This document shows, one piece after another, positions 48,101 to 55,722 of a stretch of 64,000 nucleotides of DNA (positions are counted from its first letter, which is position 1; each line of letters begins with the position of its first letter). The notes beneath the pieces were generated by a model, which ran no database searches, was not told the DNA's origin, and was given only the letters and a program-made list of their open reading frames with translations. The stretch is from Bacteroidota bacterium. Its GTDB lineage: Bacteria; Bacteroidota; Bacteroidia; JACPRZ01. The stretch covers positions 128,156-192,155 of the forward strand of contig JACPRZ010000063.1 of the NCBI GenBank assembly GCA_016193485.1, given 5' to 3'. The position numbers and the translations under genes are program-made.

Positions 48101-49346
48101 TGCATTAACTCCTATGGCAATCGGTTACGAAATCGGTGGCGAAGCAAATGTTCCGCTTGCAAGAGCAATCATTGGCGGAGTGCTGATGGCGACATTGCTT
48201 TCACTTTTTGTAGTTCCAATTTTATTTTATCTGTTAAACAAAAAATCTCAAAACAAAATGAAACTCAATCAAACATTAATCCCGATAGCTATCGGGATTC
48301 CGCTCGTGATGCTGCTTGCTTCCTGCGGAAATAAAAGAGAAGAACAACAAACTAAAACTGCAAGCAGAAATGTTCCGACAGTTTTGGTTGGCAATCCGCA
48401 AACACATCAATTCAATTCTTCCTTGCAAATCAGCGGGACAGCAAAACCAAATCAGCAGGTAAAATTATTTGCAATGACAAGCGGAATGTTACGGGAAATA
48501 AATGTTGACATCGGAGATTTTGTAAAACAGGGAGAAACACTTGCCACGCTTGATAATCCCGAACTCATACAGCAGAAAGCAAAAGCCGAAGCCGATTTGA
48601 ACGGAAAGAAATCTATCTACGACAGATTAAAAAGCGTGTATGACAAAACTCCGCAACTCACCACTATTGCAGAAGTGGAAAAAGCACAGGCAGAATTTGA
48701 AAGTGCGAAAGCAATATTGAGCGGTTTGCAATCGCAAATAAATTTCCTGCAAATACAATCACCGTTTTCAGGAGTAATTGTCAATCGTTTTTTTGACAAA
48801 GGAGCAACCATTCAGAGCGGGTTAAATAATTCCAACGCAATGCCTCTTTTTGAAATTCAGGATTTACAACCGATAAGATTGACTATTGATATTCCCGAAA
48901 CAGACGCAGTTCTCATTGACAAAAATACAAAAACAGAAATTACATTTCCTGAATTGCCCAATGGAAAATACACGGCAGCAGTTTCACGCATTGCTTATGG
49001 ATTGGATGAAAACACAAAAACAATGAAGGTGGAAATTGATTTACCGAATACAGATTTAAAAATTCGTTCAGGAATGTATGCGAAAGTTGAAATAAAACGG
49101 AGCGGACATAAAGATGTCTTGTCCGTTCCGAATGAAGCAATCGGAAATGTGAAAGGGCAATCGTTTATCTATGTAGTGAATGATGGAAAAGTGAAAAAAA
49201 TAGAAGTAAAAGCAGGAATACGAGATGATAAATTTTCCGAATTGCTGAATGTAGAAATAAAATCCACCGACAAAATTGTAGTGCAGGGTAAAGAATTTTG
49301 TAGTGATGGAGCAACCGTTCAAACAAAAGAATTAATCACTAAATAA
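45114..49346 (+). CDS. RND efflux permease fused in frame to a membrane-fusion protein (internal Met 48258)
   Basis: GLLVDDSIVVLENI, RFRPIIMT, PLARAIIGG; then MKLNQ...LLASC lipoprotein signal and MFP motifs (VDIGDFVK.G, I.SPFSG, GMYA). Confidence 0.9.
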   Translation: MLELAFKNKYLIIVAALLVAVISIVSIQKLPVDILPNYKTSAVQVLTLYPGMPAEVMEKDITSRIERWTGQSNGIEHQESKSLIGVSIVKDFFREEIDPNTSLSQVTSLAMSDLYYLPPGTVPPMVMPFDPTATTPLALLAVSSDSLSEKELYDIAYFQLRNLLGSVQGIIAPAVYGGKLRRIYMYVYPDKLQAYNLSQIDVMEAVQKNNVMIPTGDVNIGNMNYSVNANGMLPKVEDFNNIVIKMGRDARLPDGQGSPIFLKDIGYAKDASAIQTNMVHINGKRQVYIPIYKRTGANTIASVEAVKNKLAELKERLPKAINLDVILDQSTYVRNSINGLLKEGTLGLILVSLALFLFLGNFRSTFIVALSIPLSVMFAFIGLFFTGDTINSMTLGGIALAIGLLVDDSIVVLENIDKHLKQGKTSAQAAFDGAKEVAMPVLVTTITICIVFFPIIFLTGISKYLFTPLAIVVSFAMIGSRIFSMTLVPIAAAAFFKGHSNENKPESLPAGRQGFLGMFDRGVTNLTNRYALMMDKVIKFRWVILISVALLFIISIFGFRKIGTELFPKMDVGQISIDVRMESGTRIEKSEKTITEIEKFLQKEIGNDLNIIISNMGVLNDWPAAYTSNSGTQDATIAVQLKEGYKIKTADYVKKLRPKLKEQFPGVQFIFNTGGIVTTALNFGLPSPIDIQITGNDLHKSHEIAVKVRDIVQNIKGTEDVRIHQRYDHPEIKVDIDRTKAAQLGINADDVVKNTVSALNSSVNFKPSFWIDEKNGNHYFVGVTYPEIELDNPQSVENISLTGTNGKTTFLKNIAKTSLSSAPIEINHLNIQRVTDVFANVEERDIGSVAKEIENKLETLKKDLPEGYKIEMRGEIKSMKDSFGNLGLGLILAVLMVYLVIVPLLRSFKLPLIIITVIPLGLIGVTGMLLATNTYLNIQSMMGIIMMVGITVAYSNLLVDKMNNLLKAGKNLEDAIKEGVANRFRPIIMTAIVAVLALTPMAIGYEIGGEANVPLARAIIGGVLMATLLSLFVVPILFYLLNKKSQNKMKLNQTLIPIAIGIPLVMLLASCGNKREEQQTKTASRNVPTVLVGNPQTHQFNSSLQISGTAKPNQQVKLFAMTSGMLREINVDIGDFVKQGETLATLDNPELIQQKAKAEADLNGKKSIYDRLKSVYDKTPQLTTIAEVEKAQAEFESAKAILSGLQSQINFLQIQSPFSGVIVNRFFDKGATIQSGLNNSNAMPLFEIQDLQPIRLTIDIPETDAVLIDKNTKTEITFPELPNGKYTAAVSRIAYGLDENTKTMKVEIDLPNTDLKIRSGMYAKVEIKRSGHKDVLSVPNEAIGNVKGQSFIYVVNDGKVKKIEVKAGIRDDKFSELLNVEIKSTDKIVVQGKEFCSDGATVQTKELITK
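45861..45883. repeat. In-frame palindrome in RND (ARLPDGQ)
   Basis: gcccgcctgccggacgggcaggg. Confidence 0.7.
46634..46653. repeat. Perfect 20-bp palindrome in frame in RND (LPAGRQ)
   Basis: cctgcctgccggcaggcagg. Confidence 0.9.
48278..48299. repeat. Perfect 22-bp palindrome in frame in the MFP signal region (IPIAIGI)
   Basis: aatcccgatagctatcgggatt. Confidence 0.9.
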
Positions 49347-49358
49347 AAGGAACAGAAA

Positions 49359-50684
49359 ATGAAAAATAATTTCAGAAAAATTGTTGCCTCAATTTTATTG
49401 GTGAGTGCAATGTTCACCGCAAATGCACAATCCCCCTCCCCTTCGGGGAGGGATGGGGTGGGGCTTGTAAATCTTGAAACGGTTTTAAAATTAGCAGGAG
49501 CGAATAATTTAACCATTCAGGAATACCAGTTGAAATACCAACATGCATTAGCCGAACAAAGCAAAGCCAAAGAATGGTATCTGCCGAATATTTATTTCGG
49601 TGCAAGCACGCATTATCTGAATGGCGCAGCAATGAATACCGATGGGCAAATATTTACTGATGTGAACAGAAACAATCTCTGGACAGGGTTGGGTATCGGA
49701 GCGGAAATAGATTTTAGTAAAGGATTTTATTCTTCGCTTGCTGCAAAACAAAAAGCCAAAGCAATGCAATATCAAAGCACGACAGAAAAAAATAAAATGA
49801 TTTTACAAACGGTGCAGACCTATTTTGATTTGCAGGTAGAACAATTAAAATATTTTTTCTTGCAGCAATTAGTTAATCAATCCAACACGATTTCACAGCA
49901 AATAAAAATAAAAGTGGACGCAGGATTGCTATATCAATCCGATTATCTGCTCTCGCAAAGCAATTATAATCATTTGAAAATTTCAATGCTCCAAACAAAA
50001 ATAGAATGGCAGAAGAAATCCGCTGAACTTGTCAATCTTCTGAATTTAGAAAACAATATTAGTTTGGTAAGTGGCGACACTACTTTAATTCCGCTAAAAC
50101 TCATTGAGCAAAAAAATGACACGGCAACTTATAAAAACGGTTTTGAAAAACGAGCGGAATATTTAGGATTAAGTTCCGAACTCCAATCTTTTCAAACACT
50201 TCGCAAGACAGCCAATCAGGGTTTGTTATTGCCAAAGTTGAGAGCGGGTTTTGACAATGGAGCGTTCGGTGCATACACCACACCGCTTTACAACACCTAT
50301 CAATTCAACGCTTCGCTTGTTTGGAATTTGCCATTGGGAAGATTTACTTATAAAGGCGATTTGAAAAAATACGACACGCAAATTCTCATTCAGCAAAACG
50401 AAATAGAACAATTTAAAAATCAATTCCAGCAGGAAATTTCTATTGCCAATTCTCAACTTCAAATTGCCCAAGAACAAATGACTATTGCGAAACATGCTTT
50501 GCAATCATCCACCGAAGCATTGAACCAAAGCATAGAAAGGCAAAAGTTAGGAACGGCAAAACCTTTTGAAGTTTTTCAGATACAACAGTTTTTCTTGCAG
50601 GCACAAACCGATTATGTGAAAACGGTGATTGATTATAACAAGGTGCAATATGCTTTATGGGTTGCACTGGGAAATATGTTATAA
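49359..50684 (+). CDS. TolC family outer membrane efflux protein
   Basis: Signal peptide ANA-Q, YLP/LLP strands, helical repeats; follows RND-MFP. Confidence 0.85.
   Translation: MKNNFRKIVASILLVSAMFTANAQSPSPSGRDGVGLVNLETVLKLAGANNLTIQEYQLKYQHALAEQSKAKEWYLPNIYFGASTHYLNGAAMNTDGQIFTDVNRNNLWTGLGIGAEIDFSKGFYSSLAAKQKAKAMQYQSTTEKNKMILQTVQTYFDLQVEQLKYFFLQQLVNQSNTISQQIKIKVDAGLLYQSDYLLSQSNYNHLKISMLQTKIEWQKKSAELVNLLNLENNISLVSGDTTLIPLKLIEQKNDTATYKNGFEKRAEYLGLSSELQSFQTLRKTANQGLLLPKLRAGFDNGAFGAYTTPLYNTYQFNASLVWNLPLGRFTYKGDLKKYDTQILIQQNEIEQFKNQFQQEISIANSQLQIAQEQMTIAKHALQSSTEALNQSIERQKLGTAKPFEVFQIQQFFLQAQTDYVKTVIDYNKVQYALWVALGNML
49431..49464. repeat. C/G-run hairpin repeat in frame at the mature TolC N-terminus (SPSPSGRDGVG)
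   Basis: tccccctccccttcggggagggatggggtggggc. Confidence 0.7.
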
Positions 50685-50808
50685 GTGTATTTATCCGTTT
50701 CACTATTTCTCCTTTTCCCTTCTGTTTATACACGGTATTCATCTCTTTACGTCCTACTATTCTCCCCATATCTGTTTCCCAGTATATTATGCCGCCACTC
50801 ATACCCCC

Positions 50809-50824
50809 TGTTTCACGTGAAACA
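50809..50824. promoter_or_regulatory. parS site (ParB binding)
   Basis: Exact match to consensus TGTTTCACGTGAAACA. Confidence 0.88.
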
Positions 50825-50865
50825 TTCCCCCTTCAACCCCTTGTCACCCCGTCCCCTGTCCTTCC

Positions 50866-50873
50866 TATCTTTG
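50866..50873 (+). promoter_or_regulatory. -7 promoter box for uvrC
   Basis: TATCTTTG 7 nt before ATG. Confidence 0.6.
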
Positions 50874-50880
50874 CCCCACC

Positions 50881-52668
50881 ATGCTCTCCCTGCTGAAAAT
50901 AACCCTTTCCAACCTTCCTGACGACCCGGGAGTTTACCGCTTTCTTGATTCCAGCGGGATAATCCTTTATATAGGTAAAGCAAAAAACCTAAAAAAACGG
51001 GTTCTCTCCTATTTTACCAAAACCCATACGAACGGAAAAATCGCCTTCATGGTAAAAAGGACTACAGATGTTCAATACATAATCGTCAACACCGAACAGG
51101 ATGCTTTGCTCCTGGAAAATACCCTGATAAAAAAACACAAGCCAAGGTATAATGTGGCGCTTAAAGATGATAAGACGTATCCGTGGATTTGTATAAAAAA
51201 AGAACCGTTTCCAAGGGTCTTTGTTACGCGCAGAATTATCAGGGACGGTTCTTTCTATGCCGGTCCATTTACCTCTCATAATATAATGTACGCCCTGCTG
51301 GACATGATAAATAAGGTTTTTAAGCCCAGAACCTGTAATTACAATCTTTCAGATGTTAATATCAGGGCAAATAAATTCAGGGTTTGTCTTGAATATCATA
51401 TCGGGAATTGTTTTGGACCCTGTGATGGCCACCAGGGAAAGAATGAGTATGATGGGAATATGGAAAGAATAAAAGAAATTTTGAAAGGCGATACCGGTTC
51501 CGCAAAAGATACCCTGAAGAAGCAGATGAATTTTTTTGCGGAACAATTGCGTTTTGAAGAGGCGGAGAAAGTAAAAAAGCAGATTGAGTGCATCGAAAAA
51601 CATCAGAGGAAATCAACCGTAGTCAACCCTCGGCTGACAAACCTGGATGTTATCTCAATCGTGACCGATGAAAAAACAGGATACGTGAATTATCTCCGCA
51701 TTCTGAATGGTACAATAATCCAATCGCACAACCTTGAAATTAAAAAGAAACTGGATGAAACACCCGGACAACTTCTTGAAATTACTTTGACTGAATGCCG
51801 GCAACTTTTTAAGAGCGAATCGGCCGAAGTAATAGTTCCTTTAATACCTGATTTTCAGCAAAATAATCTGATCTTCACACTTCCCGTCAGGGGTGATAAA
51901 AAGAAATTACTTCTGATGTCGGAACGCAATGCGCAGCATTTCCGCCTTCTGCAATTGAGAAAATCGGTTTCAGGCAACTTATCACCAATGGGTAAAAAAC
52001 TTGTTACCAGTGTAATGGCTGATTTGCACCTGCCGGCACTTCCATTGCACATTGAATGTTTTGATAATTCGAATATCCAGGGCGACTTCCCGGTCTCTGC
52101 ATGTGTGGTTTTTAAAAACGGAGTCCCCTCAAAAAAGGATTACCGGCTTTTCAACCTCAAAACAGTTTCAGGTCCTGATGATTTCAGTTCAATGTATGAG
52201 GTTGTTTACCGGAGGTATAAACGGCTGACCGAAGAAAAACAGCCGCTTCCGCAATTGGTTGTTATTGATGGCGGAAAGGGGCAATTGAATGCTGCGGCTG
52301 AAGCGCTGGAAAAACTTTCTATCGGATCCAAAATTAAAATTATTGCTCTTGCTAAACGGATGGAAGAAATTTTCCTTCACCGGAAACAGGAACCGCTGTT
52401 GATAAATAAAAATTCCGATACGCTGAAATTACTGCAGCATCTGCGCGATGAAGCTCACCGCTTCGGAATAAAACACCACCGGGGCAGGAGAATTCGTGAA
52501 ACCGTCCGGTCAGAATTGATGAATATTAAAGGAGTGGGGGAGAAGAGCGTGAAAATTTTATTGACAAAGTTCGGTTCGGTAGAACAAATCAGGAAATGTT
52601 CGGCAGATGATCTGATTCCCCTGTTAGGAAAAAGCAAAGCGGGGAAAATATCAGCGTTTTTCAGGTAG
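50881..52668 (+). CDS. uvrC: Excinuclease ABC subunit C
   Basis: PGVY...YIGKAKNLKKRV, IECFDNSN, IDGGKGQL, LRDEAHRF, HhH. Confidence 0.96.
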   Translation: MLSLLKITLSNLPDDPGVYRFLDSSGIILYIGKAKNLKKRVLSYFTKTHTNGKIAFMVKRTTDVQYIIVNTEQDALLLENTLIKKHKPRYNVALKDDKTYPWICIKKEPFPRVFVTRRIIRDGSFYAGPFTSHNIMYALLDMINKVFKPRTCNYNLSDVNIRANKFRVCLEYHIGNCFGPCDGHQGKNEYDGNMERIKEILKGDTGSAKDTLKKQMNFFAEQLRFEEAEKVKKQIECIEKHQRKSTVVNPRLTNLDVISIVTDEKTGYVNYLRILNGTIIQSHNLEIKKKLDETPGQLLEITLTECRQLFKSESAEVIVPLIPDFQQNNLIFTLPVRGDKKKLLLMSERNAQHFRLLQLRKSVSGNLSPMGKKLVTSVMADLHLPALPLHIECFDNSNIQGDFPVSACVVFKNGVPSKKDYRLFNLKTVSGPDDFSSMYEVVYRRYKRLTEEKQPLPQLVVIDGGKGQLNAAAEALEKLSIGSKIKIIALAKRMEEIFLHRKQEPLLINKNSDTLKLLQHLRDEAHRFGIKHHRGRRIRETVRSELMNIKGVGEKSVKILLTKFGSVEQIRKCSADDLIPLLGKSKAGKISAFFR

Positions 52669-52698
52669 CGGGTGGTAGAATTTATTCCAGGTGATGCC

Positions 52699-52732
52699 CC
52701 AATCTTCCAACCTTCCACAATTCCATCTTTCC
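52699..52732. repeat. 8-mer tandem array (CCAnnnTT)
   Basis: ccaatctt ccaacctt ccacaatt ccatcttt cc. Confidence 0.6.
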
Positions 52733-52756
52733 TTTTCTTTACGATAACCATCCCCG

Positions 52757-53143
52757 TTATCGCTCCACGCTCTTCTTCTCCAGCAGTTCATTTATCCTCT
52801 TCACCATCTCATATTTTTCCTGGAGGTCGGTAATTTGCTGCTGAAGGAATTTCACTTTTTGTTCGAGGGCGGTAATTTTCTGCTCGGCCGACAGGTATTG
52901 CTTTTTGCCGTATGAAGGAGTTGGTTCTGTAAACTGGGGTAGTTTCTGATCGCGGTAATAGCAGAAAAAATCAAACTCAAGCGCTTTTGAAATTTTGCGC
53001 AGGAGGTCAGTATCCAGGGACCTGCGTTTGAAAATACCATAAACATTCTGTTTAGAGGTATTGATACTCCTCGCAAGTTCAGTGGGGCCGATGCGCAATT
53101 CCCTGGCGCGTTCCCTGATTTTTTCACCGATATGGAGAGCCAT
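52757..53143 (-). CDS. XRE-type HTH regulator with C-terminal coiled coil
   Basis: HIGEKI...TELARSINTSKQNVYGIF...L.KIS.AL.FDFF. Confidence 0.85.
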   Translation of the reverse strand: MALHIGEKIRERARELRIGPTELARSINTSKQNVYGIFKRRSLDTDLLRKISKALEFDFFCYYRDQKLPQFTEPTPSYGKKQYLSAEQKITALEQKVKFLQQQITDLQEKYEMVKRINELLEKKSVER

Positions 53144-53318
53144 GGTACAAATATCTGCATACGGCAATACACAATCAAATGTACATATTACTATTTATTA
53201 TTTACAACAGTCATTATATTATTGCCTAATTGCCCTAAATATATTTACTTTGCAGGATTATTTACGAAATACGAACCGCATACGAATAAAGAATTTCTAA
53301 AATGTTCGGATTATTTTT

Positions 53319-53335
53319 CCCCGCATTTGGCGGGG
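53319..53335. repeat. Short CCCCGC/GCGGGG palindrome
   Basis: ccccgcatttggcgggg. Confidence 0.55.
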
Positions 53336-53385
53336 CAGATAGACGCGGAAATATTTTAACTATTCTTCACTCTTGACAAGTCACC

Positions 53386-54099
53386 ATGAAAAAAGAACGG
53401 TTCACAAACAAACCGCAAAATAAATCCGGTGAACATTTCATTGACCTGGTCGCCCATGACATACGCGGAATAATTACAAAGATAGACCGCATAAGCGAAC
53501 TTTTATCCGGAAAACTTCAAACAACTGGCGACAGGGAAGTATCCCTCATGTTATCCTATCTGAAAACCCTGTGCCGGCAGGGAAATAATATCACAAATGA
53601 CCTGATAGTCAGTTGTGAACTTGAATCTGGCGCTGCTGTCATTGGCAATGAACAATCCATTCCGCTGAACAAAATTATTAAAGAGCAGGCAAAGATATAC
53701 CGGCTATTGGCGGTAGAAAAAAATATTCTCCTAAGCATATCCGTTCCGCGGAAAAATATTTATTGCAACATAGACGGGTGTAAATTCATTCGGATTATTG
53801 ATAACCTTTTTTCAAATGCGTTGAAATTTACTGGCCGGAACGGACATATAACAATTACTGTTTCTGCAAAGGGAACAAACCTTACTGTTGCAGTCGGTGA
53901 TTCCGGCATAGGGATACCGGCCGGACTTCAGCCGGAAATTTTCAATAAATATACAAAGGCAAGACGTTATGGTACCGAAAATGAAAGTTGTACCGGTCTC
54001 GGACTTTACATTGTGAAGAAAATTGTTGAAATGTATGGAGGGAAAATTTGGTTTGAAAGCAAAGAGAATAAGGGGACGACATTTTATGTGGTGATATAA
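53386..54099 (+). CDS. Sensor-less histidine kinase (HisKA + HATPase)
   Basis: AHDIR H-box, NLFSNALKF, DSGIGI, GLGL, GTTF. Confidence 0.85.
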   Translation: MKKERFTNKPQNKSGEHFIDLVAHDIRGIITKIDRISELLSGKLQTTGDREVSLMLSYLKTLCRQGNNITNDLIVSCELESGAAVIGNEQSIPLNKIIKEQAKIYRLLAVEKNILLSISVPRKNIYCNIDGCKFIRIIDNLFSNALKFTGRNGHITITVSAKGTNLTVAVGDSGIGIPAGLQPEIFNKYTKARRYGTENESCTGLGLYIVKKIVEMYGGKIWFESKENKGTTFYVVI

Positions 54100-54141
54100 G
54101 AAGGAAATTGGAAAGAAAAGAGAAAAATAATAGGAATTCAG

Positions 54142-54159
54142 TCCCGATAATTATCGGAA
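54142..54159. repeat. 18-bp palindrome
   Basis: tcccgataattatcggaa between gaattca repeats. Confidence 0.7.
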
Positions 54160-54406
54160 TTCAATTGGCATTAACAGGCATTGATTGTAAACGCAAATAG
54201 ACGCATAAACAGTGGCATATGCTGTTTTTTAGGGCACTTTTAAAAACATAATTGTTCATTTTGAAAAATATATTACCAGAACACAAAAAACATTCATCAT
54301 TCCCGGTGATAAACGCTCTCAAATGGATTCCCCTTTGAAGTATTATTCCCTTTTTGGCCGGATTATACCGGAGATTCAGTGAATAGAAGAGAACCCGATT
54401 CTGTTT

Positions 54407-54646
54407 CTACACGGTAAGACCGCAATGTTTGCAAAATTTCGCATCTTCCTTAATAATTTCGGCACAGTGGGGGCATTTTTTTGTATATCCCCTCGATACC
54501 ATCGGTGGAAGCAGAATTATAGCAATAATAACCAACGGAACCATGGCACATAATATAAACCACAATACAGGGCTACGCCCTTTTTGCTTCGCTAATATGC
54601 TACCTACAATTCCAGCAATTAAGATCAGAATAATGTACCTGATCAT
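54407..54646 (-). CDS. Small membrane protein with double CxxC zinc ribbon
   Basis: Two TM helices, KGRS..LWF, KKCPHCAE.IK.DA.FCKHCG. Confidence 0.8.
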   Translation of the reverse strand: MIRYIILILIAGIVGSILAKQKGRSPVLWFILCAMVPLVIIAIILLPPMVSRGYTKKCPHCAEIIKEDAKFCKHCGLTV

Positions 54647-54717
54647 TGAAGTACTTTATTGCAATTTTTGTTACTATTCACCCCAAATTACAAATTATTA
54701 TTGGTCATTGCAATTTA

Positions 54718-54804
54718 ACTCTGTGTAACTCAGTGTACTCTGTGCTCTCTGTGTTGAAGAATTTTTAACACAGAGTTCACTGAGATAACAGAGTTTCACA
54801 GAGG
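54718..54804. repeat. Gene-less inverted CTCTGTG/CACAGAG array
   Basis: ctctgtgtaactcagtgtactctgtgctctctgtgtt...aacacagagttcactgagataacagagtttcacagag. Confidence 0.85.
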
Positions 54805-54825
54805 AGGTGAATAGTAACCAATTTT

Positions 54826-55671
54826 TTATTTTTTCTCCAGACCGCCAACGCCAATAAACGGCACAGCGCCATTCCCCGTTACCTGCGGGAGGATTCCGTT
54901 CCATTTCTCTATTGCCTTGAGATTCGCCTCAATTTTTCTCAATTCAATAAGGTCAGGTGAAATATTCATTTTCTGCAACCGCAACGCCTCTGCCTGTGCC
55001 GTTGCCTGTGCAATCGTCTGCTCCGCCTCAATTTTTATCCTTTCCAGGTCCCTTTTTGCCTTTAGTGCATGCTGTTCTGCCGTCTGCTTGGCTTCAATAG
55101 CATCCATAAATACCTTTGAGAAATTGAAATTGACAATTGAAAACGCATCCACGGCTATATTAGATTCCAGTAGCCGCGATGTAAGCGCTTCTTTTATTTC
55201 TGCGCTTACCGCTGGTCTCTTGGCTATAAGTTCTTCTGCAGAATACTTGGCTGACACCGCCTTCATTACCTCCTGTATGGCAGGATCAATAATGCGCTCC
55301 CTGAATTCCACACCGATGGTTTGATAGACAACATTTGCCTTATCAGGTATGATATGGTAATTAAGTGCAACCTTTAAAGCCACATCCTGCATGTCAGACG
55401 ATGCCGATGCGGCATCCGTCTCTGCCTTCTGAATCTTCACATCCATTATGACAACCTCCTGCATTATAGGAACTCTGAAATGCATTCCTTCATTCAATAC
55501 CTTATCCTGAACAGCGCCAAAATTGAGGACAATTCCTCTTTCACCCGCGCCAATCTGAACCCATGGCTTGAAAAGAAGTAAAGCCACCAGGATCGACCCG
55601 ATTATGAGTAAGTTCCTCCATGGGCCGCTTTTCATAGCCGACCGTAATGAATCCATATCCTGATTTGCCAT
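54826..55671 (-). CDS. Prohibitin/SPFH (band 7) family protein
   Basis: GERGIV, EGMHF, AIEAKQTAEQ, IEKWNG.LP. Confidence 0.9.
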   Translation of the reverse strand: MANQDMDSLRSAMKSGPWRNLLIIGSILVALLLFKPWVQIGAGERGIVLNFGAVQDKVLNEGMHFRVPIMQEVVIMDVKIQKAETDAASASSDMQDVALKVALNYHIIPDKANVVYQTIGVEFRERIIDPAIQEVMKAVSAKYSAEELIAKRPAVSAEIKEALTSRLLESNIAVDAFSIVNFNFSKVFMDAIEAKQTAEQHALKAKRDLERIKIEAEQTIAQATAQAEALRLQKMNISPDLIELRKIEANLKAIEKWNGILPQVTGNGAVPFIGVGGLEKK

Positions 55672-55722
55672 AGTATTTGTTTTTTAAATGGTTTAAAAAC
55701 CGGTTATTTTCAGTTAATTATA

